From: an uncultured Lachnospiraceae bacterium
GTDB taxonomy: Bacteria > Bacillota > Clostridia > Lachnospirales > Lachnospiraceae
Direction of reading: 5' to 3'
Assembly: GCA_946552115.1 (NCBI GenBank)
Contig: CAMNRH010000009.1
Coordinates: 18,626-82,625, forward strand
Length of the DNA stretch: 64,000 bases
Shown here: positions 55,507 through 64,000 of the stretch, piece after piece
Layout of the letters: every line of letters starts with the position of its first letter
Numbering within the stretch: position 1 is the stretch's first letter
Made by a program: the position numbers and the translations under genes
The notes under the pieces: generated by a model
Seen by the model: only the letters and a program-made list of their open reading frames with translations
What the model was told of the DNA's origin: nothing
Database searches by the model: none

Positions 55507-55594
55507 TTGACAATTTTCAAAAAACGAGTATACTACATTCCATAAGCAAAGGCGCTTTGGATTTATCCGGAGCGCCTTTGCTGTTTTTATTTTT
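55507..55594 (+). promoter_or_regulatory. glnN promoter (TTGACA-16-TATACT) followed at once by a leader intrinsic terminator
   Basis: -35 at 55507-55512 and -10 at 55529-55534. Hairpin GCAAAGGCGCT (55546-55556) / AGCGCCTTTGC (55571-55581), followed by TGTTTTTATTTTT. Confidence 0.55.
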
Positions 55595-55639
55595 ACAGCA
55601 AAATGAAAAGCTATGTTTTCCCAGAAAGGAGATTACAAC

Positions 55640-57739
55640 ATGAACAAAGAAATCCCGGAATTATACGGAAGCATGATATTCAGCGACAAGGTTATGCGGA
55701 AAAAGCTCCCAAAGGATATGTACAGGGCACTTAGAAAAACAATTGAAAACGGTACGCATCTGGAACTTGACGTGGCAAATTCCGTAGCCGTCGCTATGAA
55801 AGAATGGGCCGTTGAAAACGGCGCTACACATTATACACACTGGTTCCAGCCTATGACCGGTTTTACTGCGGAAAAGCATGACAGCTTTATCTCTCCGTCG
55901 GGCGACGGCGAAGTCATCATGGACTTTTCCGGAAAAGAGCTGGTGAAAGGCGAACCGGATGCCTCAAGCTTCCCGTCGGGCGGCTTAAGAGCCACCTTTG
56001 AGGCAAGAGGCTATACGGCATGGGATCCGACCTCTCCGGCATTTATCAAGGACGGAACCTTATATATTCCCACAGCATTTTGCTCCTACAGCGGGGAGGC
56101 TCTCGATAAAAAAACGCCTCTGCTCCGCTCTATGGAGGCATTAAACGACGAGGCCGTAAAGATGCTGAAGCTTTTAGGAAATGACACGGTCACCAGAGTT
56201 TCCACCACCATCGGTCCGGAGCAGGAATATTTTCTCGTAGATAAGGAGCAGTATAACAAAAGAAAGGATTTAATCTTCTGCGGAAGAACACTGTTTGGCG
56301 CGCCGGCTCCAAAAGGCCAGGAGATGGAGGATCATTATTTCGGCTCCTTAAAACCGAGGGTTTCCGCATATATGCATGATCTGGACGTGGAATTATGGAA
56401 GCTTGGTATCCCGGCAAAAACAAAGCATAATGAGGTAGCCCCGGCACAGCACGAGCTGGCTCCCGTATTTGATACGGCAAATGTAGCGGTAGACCATAAC
56501 CAGCTTACCATGGAAATCATGAAAAATGTAGCGGAAAAGCACGGTCTGGTGTGCCTGCTCCACGAAAAGCCTTTTGAGGGCATTAACGGAAGCGGAAAGC
56601 ACAACAACTGGTCTCTTATTACAAATGACGGCGTGAATCTTTTAAATCCGGGCCGCACGCCTGCACAAAATATTCAGTTCCTTGTATTTTTAATGGCTGT
56701 TATTAAGGCAGTGGATGATTATGCAGATCTGATGAGAATCTCTGCGGCCAGTGCCGGAAATGACCACCGTCTCGGAGGAAATGAGGCTCCTCCGGCAATT
56801 GTATCCGTCTTTTTAGGCGACGAGCTGACCGCTGTTCTGGAATCGATTGAAAATGACACCTATTTCGGAAAGCAGGAGAAAGTACAGCTTGATATCGGCG
56901 CCCATGTACTGCCGCATTTTGTAAAAGATAATACCGATCGCAACCGGACGTCGCCGTTTGCATTTACCGGAAATAAATTTGAATTCCGTATGCTTGGCTC
57001 CTCGGCTTCTGTAGCGACTCCGAATATCGTCCTTAACACAGCCGTAGCTGAAGCACTGGCACAGTTCTATCAGGAGCTTGAGGGAACAAAGCCCGAGGAT
57101 ATGGAAAAGGCCGTTCATGAGCTGATTAAACGTGCCATCCGCAAACACAAAAAGATTATTTTCAATGGCAATGGCTATTCGGACGAATGGATTAAAGAAG
57201 CCAAAGAACGCGGACTCTACAACCTCATATCTACTCCGGACTGTCTGCCTCAGTTTATTGCCGATAAAAACGTAGCGTTATTTACAAAGCATCATATCTT
57301 TACAAAGGATGAAATCCTCTCCCGCTATGAAATTCTTCTGGAGAACTATACGAAAACGGTTATGATTGAGGCCCGCACTATGACGGAAATGCTTACAAAA
57401 GACTTTCTCCCGGCTCTGAATGCCTATGCCGGAGAAACCGCCGGGCATGCCGCTTCCAAAAAAGCCTTTATGCCGAAGCTTTCCACTTCGTCGGAGGAAG
57501 CGCTTATTGAAAGCCTGACAGAGGCCTATGAGACAATTACCAGAGGCATAAAACAGCTTTCCGCCTCTGTCGCAGAAGCCGCAGGTACAGAGGACGCTCT
57601 GAAAGCAGCCCGGCTTTGCCATGCAGATATCCTTGTAAAAATGGAAGCGCTGCGCCTGGCCGCAAATGAAGCTGAGGAACTGATTCCGGATTCTCTTCTT
57701 CCTTATCCGACCTATGACCAACTTCTTTTTTCATTATAG
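55640..57739 (+). CDS. glnN: type III glutamine synthetase
   Basis: About 700 aa from the ATG at 55640 (AAGGAG RBS). The length and N-terminus (YGSMIFSDKVMRKKLPKDMY) are typical of GS type III. Confidence 0.85.
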   Translation: MNKEIPELYGSMIFSDKVMRKKLPKDMYRALRKTIENGTHLELDVANSVAVAMKEWAVENGATHYTHWFQPMTGFTAEKHDSFISPSGDGEVIMDFSGKELVKGEPDASSFPSGGLRATFEARGYTAWDPTSPAFIKDGTLYIPTAFCSYSGEALDKKTPLLRSMEALNDEAVKMLKLLGNDTVTRVSTTIGPEQEYFLVDKEQYNKRKDLIFCGRTLFGAPAPKGQEMEDHYFGSLKPRVSAYMHDLDVELWKLGIPAKTKHNEVAPAQHELAPVFDTANVAVDHNQLTMEIMKNVAEKHGLVCLLHEKPFEGINGSGKHNNWSLITNDGVNLLNPGRTPAQNIQFLVFLMAVIKAVDDYADLMRISAASAGNDHRLGGNEAPPAIVSVFLGDELTAVLESIENDTYFGKQEKVQLDIGAHVLPHFVKDNTDRNRTSPFAFTGNKFEFRMLGSSASVATPNIVLNTAVAEALAQFYQELEGTKPEDMEKAVHELIKRAIRKHKKIIFNGNGYSDEWIKEAKERGLYNLISTPDCLPQFIADKNVALFTKHHIFTKDEILSRYEILLENYTKTVMIEARTMTEMLTKDFLPALNAYAGETAGHAASKKAFMPKLSTSSEEALIESLTEAYETITRGIKQLSASVAEAAGTEDALKAARLCHADILVKMEALRLAANEAEELIPDSLLPYPTYDQLLFSL

Positions 57740-57751
57740 TGAGGAAATGTT

Positions 57752-59143
57752 ATGGAGCAGACCAGATATACAGACGATAGAATCAAAGAAGAGTGCGGCG
57801 TATTCGGTATCTTTAACCCGGATGGGGAAGACGCTGCGGAATCCATCTATTACGGACTGTCCTCTCTTCAGCACCGGGGACAGGAATCCTGCGGAATTGC
57901 CGTATTTGACACCGGCGGTCCGAAAGGAAATATGAATGTGCATAAAGGAATGGGATTCGTGCATGAGGTATTCGATGAGAACACCTTAAAGGAACTAAAG
58001 GGGAACCTCGGCATCGGGCATGTGCGCTATTCCACCACCGGGGCTGCCACCTGTTCCAATGCCCAGCCTCTTGTCCTCAACTATATCAAAGGAACTCTTG
58101 CGCTGGCACATAACGGCAACCTGGTAAACACAGAAGAGCTACGGAAGGAGCTTGCACAAACCGGCGCAATTTTCCAGACTACAACAGATTCTGAGCTTAT
58201 CGCTTATCAGATTGCAAGAGCGCGGGTCGGAACAAAAACCGTAGAGGAAGCCATCGAACGCACGGCCTCCAGGCTTAAAGGCGCTTACGGGCTTGTCATC
58301 GCAAGCCCCCGCAAGCTAATCGGAGTCAGAGATCCCTTAGGCCTAAAACCGCTCTGTCTTGGAAAACGGGGCAATTCCTACATTATCGCATCTGAGAGCT
58401 GCGCATTAACTGCCATCGGCGCACAATTTCTCCGGGACATTCTTCCCGGAGAGATTGTAACCATTTCCTCTGCGGGCATTTCCTCCAATCCCCCGGCCCG
58501 GACAAAAAAACCTGCCCACTGTATCTTTGAATATATCTATTTCGCCCGGCTGGACAGTACATTAGACGGAATCTCTGTCTATGAGTCCAGAAAAAAAGCC
58601 GGTGCTGCTTTGGCAAAAGCATACCCGGCTGAGGCCGACCTTGTAACAGGAGTCCCGGATTCCGGCATCACTGCGGCGCAGGGATTTGCCGGGGAAGCAG
58701 GAATTCCTTTCACACTGGCCTTTTATAAAAACAGCTATGTGGGACGAACTTTCATTAAGCCGACACAAAAGGAGCGGGAGGCCGGCGTACGCATGAAGCT
58801 GAGTATACTCGGAGATACGGTAAAAAATAAAAATATCGTTCTTGTGGATGATTCCATCGTACGGGGAACTACCATTGCAAACCTGATCCATATGCTGAAG
58901 CAGGCCGGAGCACATAAGGTACATGTAAGAATCAGCTCTCCGCCTTTTCTTTATCCCTGCTACTATGGTACAGATATACCCTCAAACCGTCAGCTTCTGG
59001 CAGCCTCGCACTCTGCGGAGGAAATTCGCCGGATGATCGGCGCCGACTCCTTAGGATATATGCGGATAGAGGATTTACCCTCTACTGTCGGCGGGCTTCC
59101 GCTCTGCACCGCCTGCTTTGACGGGCACTATCCCACTCTCTAG
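57752..59143 (+). CDS. purF: amidophosphoribosyltransferase (canonical, with propeptide and catalytic Cys)
   Basis: EECGVFGIF N-terminal nucleophile region, the DDSIVRGTT PRTase motif, and C-terminal Cys ligands. Confidence 0.9.
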   Translation: MEQTRYTDDRIKEECGVFGIFNPDGEDAAESIYYGLSSLQHRGQESCGIAVFDTGGPKGNMNVHKGMGFVHEVFDENTLKELKGNLGIGHVRYSTTGAATCSNAQPLVLNYIKGTLALAHNGNLVNTEELRKELAQTGAIFQTTTDSELIAYQIARARVGTKTVEEAIERTASRLKGAYGLVIASPRKLIGVRDPLGLKPLCLGKRGNSYIIASESCALTAIGAQFLRDILPGEIVTISSAGISSNPPARTKKPAHCIFEYIYFARLDSTLDGISVYESRKKAGAALAKAYPAEADLVTGVPDSGITAAQGFAGEAGIPFTLAFYKNSYVGRTFIKPTQKEREAGVRMKLSILGDTVKNKNIVLVDDSIVRGTTIANLIHMLKQAGAHKVHVRISSPPFLYPCYYGTDIPSNRQLLAASHSAEEIRRMIGADSLGYMRIEDLPSTVGGLPLCTACFDGHYPTL

Positions 59144-59144
59144 C

Positions 59145-60353
59145 CTATATTTTTCTTGTCCCGATATAGCGGGTTACAATCTCTATAATTAAAAAGCCAA
59201 AGGCAATCGCCATGCACGTCTGCGCCAGCAGAATGGTCTGCTGGGACGCCAGCGCGTAATCCGCCTGTACAAGACCGTGCATCAGATAGAACAAGGTTGC
59301 TCCGGGAATCACCGGCATAATTGACGTAGTCAGAAAAATCGTCGCCGGCGCCCGGTGCACTCTGGACATCAGATACGCATAGGCTGCCACAAACGCAGAT
59401 CCTGCAATCACCGCTGCAAAATCGCTCCCCTGATAATGCTGCACCAAAAGATAGCATGCACAGTTAACGGCTCCTCCTACCCCTGCGTAAAAGGACTGCT
59501 TAACTGCCGCCTTGAACACAAGCGCAAATCCCATACTTGCCACTCCGCAGGAAATTAATTGTACCGCAATACTGGGCGCAATATACATCTCATACATATC
59601 CCCCTGAAAAAGCACCATGGCAAGCCCGGTTCCGCATGCAATTGCAATCGCCCCCAGGCATGCGTTGGCTATATTCAAAATCCCGGACAAAAAAGCCCTG
59701 TTTACCACATCCCGAATCCCGTTCGCCACTCCCAGTCCGCTGATTAACACCATGTTAAGCCCCAGCACAATCCGATCCGGATGATGTCCGAATCCTATCT
59801 TTCCGGCAAGAAATACTGCCGCGGAGGATAAAAAAGCAATCACCAAATTATATACTACCAGATTATGCTCCTTTTTATCCAGAAGATTTCCCAAATACAC
59901 CTCTATGAGCACACAGATAATAATCCCGACAACCGTATCCAGCGGATCGCAGCCAAAATACACGCCGAAGCCGACGCCGCCCATAACCGCTGCTAAATAT
60001 TTCAAATATTCGGGCTGAGGCTTGCGCTCCATGACCCCCTCATACTTTTCTCGTATTTCTTCCACAGACGGCGTATTTTTACAAATATATCTGGACAGAT
60101 TATTCAGATAATCTAATCTGTCATAATTAAATCCTACCTTGTGGATTCTCCTGATCTGCGTAATAAAATGACCTCCAACAGGCTTAATGGTTGCCTGAAT
60201 ATCACTTTGAATCGCAAAAACACTGCACTGTTCCAAATGGTAGCTTTCCAGCATCCGGTACATGCTGTCCTCGGCCCGGTCGGTTTCCGCCCCGCTTTTA
60301 ATCATTTCTTTTCCAATATTAATGATTTCATTCAACAACAGCTCATAATCCAT
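59145..60353 (-). CDS. threonine/serine exporter family protein (ThrE-like, fused DUF1212+DUF3815)
   Basis: 402 aa. Soluble N-terminal region followed by about 9 TM helices. Confidence 0.65.
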   Translation of the reverse strand: MDYELLLNEIINIGKEMIKSGAETDRAEDSMYRMLESYHLEQCSVFAIQSDIQATIKPVGGHFITQIRRIHKVGFNYDRLDYLNNLSRYICKNTPSVEEIREKYEGVMERKPQPEYLKYLAAVMGGVGFGVYFGCDPLDTVVGIIICVLIEVYLGNLLDKKEHNLVVYNLVIAFLSSAAVFLAGKIGFGHHPDRIVLGLNMVLISGLGVANGIRDVVNRAFLSGILNIANACLGAIAIACGTGLAMVLFQGDMYEMYIAPSIAVQLISCGVASMGFALVFKAAVKQSFYAGVGGAVNCACYLLVQHYQGSDFAAVIAGSAFVAAYAYLMSRVHRAPATIFLTTSIMPVIPGATLFYLMHGLVQADYALASQQTILLAQTCMAIAFGFLIIEIVTRYIGTRKI

Positions 60354-60358
60354 ATCTG

Positions 60359-61309
60359 CTATTTATCCCGTTTTTCCGACGGCTTATTTTCCTGTTCTCT
60401 CCGGCGCATCTGTTCCCTGTCAGAAAGCACCACCTGATTTCTTCCGGATTCCTTTGCATCCAGAAGCATTGTTTCGGCTGCTCTGAGATATGTGTCATAA
60501 GATTCCCTGACACCGGGAATGATAAACGCTCCTCCGATACTGATTGTAATACAGCCTGAATCCGAACTTTCATATGGAATATGAAGCTCCTCCACTGCCC
60601 GCCGGATACTTTTTAAATGTTCAAATACCGTATCTATCTCACCGCCTAAGGAAATTGCAATGAATTCCTCGCCGCCATAACGCGCAAAAAAATCTGTACT
60701 GCGCTTTAACTGCGCGGATATCACGCCTGCCACAGCAGTCAATACCTTATCACCGGCAGGATAACCATAGGTTTCATTATATATTCGGAACCTGTCAATA
60801 TCAAACATACAGATTGTAATCGGAACCTGCAGGCGCACCGCCTCCTGCCATTTCACAATATGATTCAGCTCATAGCGCTTCCTGCTCGCCACTCCTGTCA
60901 GCCGGTCCGTCATACCGGACTGCTCTCCTTCATTCTCCCGGTACTTAAATAATCTGACATGTGTATGTACTCTTGCTTTTACAAGCGACGACTGAAGCGG
61001 TCTCGAAAGACAATCCGCGGCTCCCAGCATAAGTCCCCGCTCCACGGCCTGCGTATCAGACAAATCCGCAATTAAAATAATGGGGAGATGCCGGTCTATC
61101 ACCGCAGCCTGTAATTTTTTCAGTAATGCGAAATCTTCCGCTCCAAACATTACAGCATCTACAAGAATTAAGGAATATTGATTTGAATCCAGACTATTTT
61201 CCCTTACATCCCCGCCACAGACAGTGTGAATCTCATACTCCCCGTCCAAAACAGATTTTAATTGGGCCGTCTCTTCAATATTTTCATTAATAATTAATAT
61301 TTTCTGCAT
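60359..61309 (-). CDS. response regulator with GGDEF diguanylate cyclase output
   Basis: ATG at 61309 (AAGGAG RBS). REC domain (LILVD), GGEEF active site, and an RSTD I-site-like motif 5 aa upstream. Confidence 0.8.
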   Translation of the reverse strand: MQKILIINENIEETAQLKSVLDGEYEIHTVCGGDVRENSLDSNQYSLILVDAVMFGAEDFALLKKLQAAVIDRHLPIILIADLSDTQAVERGLMLGAADCLSRPLQSSLVKARVHTHVRLFKYRENEGEQSGMTDRLTGVASRKRYELNHIVKWQEAVRLQVPITICMFDIDRFRIYNETYGYPAGDKVLTAVAGVISAQLKRSTDFFARYGGEEFIAISLGGEIDTVFEHLKSIRRAVEELHIPYESSDSGCITISIGGAFIIPGVRESYDTYLRAAETMLLDAKESGRNQVVLSDREQMRRREQENKPSEKRDK

Positions 61310-61394
61310 TTGTCTACTCCTTTTTCTCATTACTTGGAAAAAATTCCACACAAAAATTATAGACTACAAGGTTAGAAATATCAAGGCCTGCCTG

Positions 61395-62279
61395 TCAAAA
61401 ATAACCCTGTCCCCGATTCATACTCTTACGCAAATCATTTCCGAGACTTGTAATGCACATCAATGTCGCAACAAGAAATGCCCCCGGAATCACTATCATC
61501 CACCAAGCATTCGACAACAATGCTTTTTCTGACAGAGAGAGCATGCTCCCCCACGAAATTACCTCCACCGGCAGGCCGATTCCCATGAAGCTCAGTGTCG
61601 CCTCCACCATAATTCCGTTTCGGATGTTCATAACCGCCATAAACATAATGGATGATATAAAATTGGGAGCCAGATGCTTCTTTAGAATATGAAAAAAGCC
61701 TCCCCCCATGCATTTTGAGGCAATCACATACTCGCTGCCCCGAAGCTGTCTTACCTCTGTCCGAATGATCTTTGCCATACTCATCCATCCGGTAACGCCA
61801 ATTACAAAGGAAAGACTGAAAACATTCGCCTCTCCCAGCACTGCCTGAATAAAGATCACCAACAAGGGCTCCGGCACACTAAACAGAATTTCTGTCAGTC
61901 TCATCAGAATCGTATCCGCCCACACAGGGGCGCTTCCGCTGAGCGCGCCAAAAACGATTGCCGTTATTGTGGAAATTATCGTGGAAGAGATGCCTATAAA
62001 CAGAGAAACTCTCCCTCCAAGCCAAATCATAGAAAAAATATCTCTGCCCATGGTATCTGTCCCAAAAAGAAATTCTCCGTTTGGCGGCAGGCCGCAATTC
62101 TGCAAATTCAAAGCCGCCGAATCCTCTGTCATAAGCAGGCCGCCAAGCAAACAGCCCGCCGCTATCAGGGCAAGAAGTACGCCCGAAAAAACCGGTTTCC
62201 CTTTGTACCATTTTTCTTTTTGCACCGTTTCCTTTCGCGGCGTCGGTTTTATCCCGACCAGTTCAAAATTATTTGTCAT
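61395..62279 (-). CDS. ABC transporter permease (OppC/DppC/NikC-like)
   Basis: 294 aa with the binding-protein-dependent transport inner-membrane signature. Confidence 0.8.
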   Translation of the reverse strand: MTNNFELVGIKPTPRKETVQKEKWYKGKPVFSGVLLALIAAGCLLGGLLMTEDSAALNLQNCGLPPNGEFLFGTDTMGRDIFSMIWLGGRVSLFIGISSTIISTITAIVFGALSGSAPVWADTILMRLTEILFSVPEPLLVIFIQAVLGEANVFSLSFVIGVTGWMSMAKIIRTEVRQLRGSEYVIASKCMGGGFFHILKKHLAPNFISSIMFMAVMNIRNGIMVEATLSFMGIGLPVEVISWGSMLSLSEKALLSNAWWMIVIPGAFLVATLMCITSLGNDLRKSMNRGQGYF

Positions 62280-63268
62280 AGCCCGATTCCCTCCGGAGCT
62301 TTCCCCATATTTTCGGATTTTATCCGGGGGTCAATTCTTTCATTTAGTACCTGCGCGGCCATATTGCATAAAATCACTAAAGCTCCGGACATAAGAGACA
62401 GAAACATTAAAAGATTATAGTCCTTATATCTTGCGCTCTCATAAATAAGCGTCCCAAGCCCCGGATACGAAAAAACCGTTTCCACAATATAAGTTCCTCC
62501 TAAAATATGAGGAACGGAAACAGCCATAATGCTTAAATAAGAAGGAAACGTATTTCTCAGGCAGTGCCGAAACATAATTCTGCGCTTTTTCAGGCCTTTC
62601 GCTTTGGCCAGCAGAACATAATCCGTCCTGACCTCCTCTAAAATCAAATTTCGTATCATATATGCGTAATACCACAAGTGCCCGGCTACTACAACCGTCA
62701 TCGGAAGAATCAGATGCAGAATACGATCCGCTGCGCTTCTCTTTATACCAATTGTATAGGCGCCGCTGCTGGGAAGCCACCGCAGATTAACCGCAAAAAT
62801 TAAAATTAAAATAAGCGACAGCCAGAATTCAGGAATACAGCTCACAGCCGTGCCCATTTTGCAAATCATATGGTCAGGAAGCCGATCCTCATACCATGCG
62901 CACAAAATCCCGAGCAGCAGAGAACCACCAAAAATAAAGAGAAAACCGATACCGCCCAAAATGAATGTGTTACCGATACGTTCTCCTATCACTTCGGTCA
63001 CATCCATTTTATATTTATAGGAAATCCCAAACTCACCGTGAAAGGCATCCGCAAGCCACCGAAGATACTGATTGGAAACGGAAGAGTTTAATCCCAGTCT
63101 TTCCTCCGCCCGCTCCCGCTCTTCCGGGCTCATTTTTTCAACACGCTCCCCGTAATAGGATATAAGCGGGTCGCCCGGCGTCAATCTTGCAATATAGAAT
63201 ATGATAACTGAAAGAAAAAATATACTTAATAATAGCTCTAAAAATTTACGTCCCGCCGTTTTTACCAT
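62276..63268 (-). CDS. ABC transporter permease (OppB/DppB/NikB-like)
   Basis: 330 aa. N-terminus RLTPGDP and EAA-loop region. Confidence 0.8.
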   Translation of the reverse strand: MVKTAGRKFLELLLSIFFLSVIIFYIARLTPGDPLISYYGERVEKMSPEERERAEERLGLNSSVSNQYLRWLADAFHGEFGISYKYKMDVTEVIGERIGNTFILGGIGFLFIFGGSLLLGILCAWYEDRLPDHMICKMGTAVSCIPEFWLSLILILIFAVNLRWLPSSGAYTIGIKRSAADRILHLILPMTVVVAGHLWYYAYMIRNLILEEVRTDYVLLAKAKGLKKRRIMFRHCLRNTFPSYLSIMAVSVPHILGGTYIVETVFSYPGLGTLIYESARYKDYNLLMFLSLMSGALVILCNMAAQVLNERIDPRIKSENMGKAPEGIGL

Positions 63269-64000
63269 CTGTTTCCCTTCCTCGCCCGCTCCCTTCCCGG
63301 ATCCGGAATCGGAACCGCTGCCAGAAGCCTTTTTGTATAGGGATGCTGTGGATTTTCAAACAGCTTCTTTACCGGCGCGGTTTCTACCAGCTCTCCCTTA
63401 TACATAACCCCTGCCCTGTCACACAAAAATTCCACCATTGACAAGTCATGTGCAATAAACAAAAAGGAAAAGCCGTGCTCTTTTTTAAGATGCCGGAAAA
63501 GATTCACAATCTGCGCCTGTATTGATACGTCCAGCGATGCAATCGGCTCGTCCGCCACTAAAAGCTCCGGCTCCATTGCAAGCGCTCTGGCAATCGCCAC
63601 CCGTTGTCTTTGTCCTCCGGACAGCTCGGCCGGATATTTATCCAGATAGGACGCGTCCATGCCTACATAATACAGCTGAAATTCCGCTTCGGCGCGGTAT
63701 GAACCTCTGGGCGGATTCGTACGCTGTATCCTCATAGGCTCCTCAATAATATCACACACTTTCATACGCGGATTCAGGCTGGAGCTCGAATCCTGAAAAA
63801 TAAGCTGACGCGTTGTATCCAGCATCCTCTTATTTTTACGAAGCTGCTTCAAATCACACACATTGACACCCTTATAAATGATTTCTCCTGCACAGGGCCT
63901 GTAAATATTCATAATGCATCTTGCAATCGTCGATTTTCCGGAGCCTGATTCCCCGACCAATCCGAAAATCTCTCCCCGGCGAATCTGAAAGGAAACGTCA
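63262..64000 (-). CDS. ABC transporter ATP-binding protein (OppF/DppF-like); N-terminus cut by the window edge
   Basis: Walker A GESGSGKST, LSGGQRQR and Walker B LLVADEP. The frame stays open upstream of 63960 (..DVSFQIRRGEIFGLVGESG), so the track start is an internal TTG. Confidence 0.85.
   Translation of the reverse strand, partial: DVSFQIRRGEIFGLVGESGSGKSTIARCIMNIYRPCAGEIIYKGVNVCDLKQLRKNKRMLDTTRQLIFQDSSSSLNPRMKVCDIIEEPMRIQRTNPPRGSYRAEAEFQLYYVGMDASYLDKYPAELSGGQRQRVAIARALAMEPELLVADEPIASLDVSIQAQIVNLFRHLKKEHGFSFLFIAHDLSMVEFLCDRAGVMYKGELVETAPVKKLFENPQHPYTKRLLAAVPIPDPGRERARKGNRW

Noticed and set aside
59141-59147. The convergent purF and thrE-like genes end 1 bp apart, with no intergenic terminator.
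   Set aside because: The observation is real but probably trivial. Terminators may lie inside the opposing coding regions, and I saw no structure worth reporting.
63958-63960. The track start codon of the last ORF (MVGESGSGKST), and the similar longest-ORF TTG/GTG starts at 10868 and 20696.
   Set aside because: These are internal or upstream alternative codons picked by the ORF finder. Walker A cannot be at residue 3 of an ABC ATPase, and the frame remains open to the window edge. For 10868 and 20696, better RBS-ATG combinations exist downstream.
61395-64000. A link between the Opp/Dpp-type ABC transporter (including an OppF-like ATPase) and the TldR-like gene, by analogy with oppF-associated TldRs.
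   Set aside because: The transporter is about 57 kb away, with dozens of unrelated genes in between. There is no evidence of linkage within this window.
1-64000. A scan for CRISPR arrays, tRNA or rRNA genes, prophage or conjugative modules, and toxin-antitoxin pairs.
   Set aside because: I found no regularly spaced direct repeats and no cloverleaf-like or rRNA-like conserved stretches in the few intergenic gaps. There are no phage or conjugation genes. All gaps larger than 100 bp are accounted for above.

Overview
This 64-kb chromosomal window looks like a Clostridia (Lachnospiraceae-like) genome, judged by gene content: Csp-like S8 protease, PduL, type III glutamine synthetase, and T-box control of aspS2-gatCAB. 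It holds about 55 genes, almost all on the minus strand. Most are housekeeping: deoC-deoB-cdd-udp nucleoside salvage, ppiB, trxA, lspA, clpX, ligA, aspS2-gatCAB, murI, gltBD, pyrG, glnN, purF and an Opp/Dpp-type ABC transporter. There are also two paralogous MBOAT+DHHW O-acylation cassettes. I saw no rRNA, tRNA or CRISPR array. Where the ORF track used the longest ORF or alternative start codons, I re-evaluated the start against the RBS. The stand-out locus lies at about 3.06-5.0 kb. It carries an orphan TnpB-family gene with no adjacent tnpA. All three RuvC catalytic positions are substituted at codon level (D->A, E->K, D->K), while the CxxC..CxxC zinc ribbon is intact. A highly structured non-coding 3' flank of about 270 nt follows the gene and resembles an omega-RNA. 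A sigma-A-like promoter bracketed by a perfect 20-nt inverted repeat precedes it. A co-oriented two-gene secreted/membrane-protein cassette lies immediately downstream. I interpret this as a candidate TldR-like (nuclease-dead TnpB) RNA-guided DNA-binding system. The guide and its target cannot be defined from this window alone. Secondary observations:
- a four-copy GGGGACGGGG palindromic intergenic repeat family;
- a PurF paralogue lacking the N-terminal Cys as the last gene of the T-box operon;
- leader attenuators in front of pyrG and glnN;
- a small secreted Cys/Gly-rich protein next to an orphan serine recombinase;
- a CoADR-rhodanese-sulfite-reductase-like fusion.
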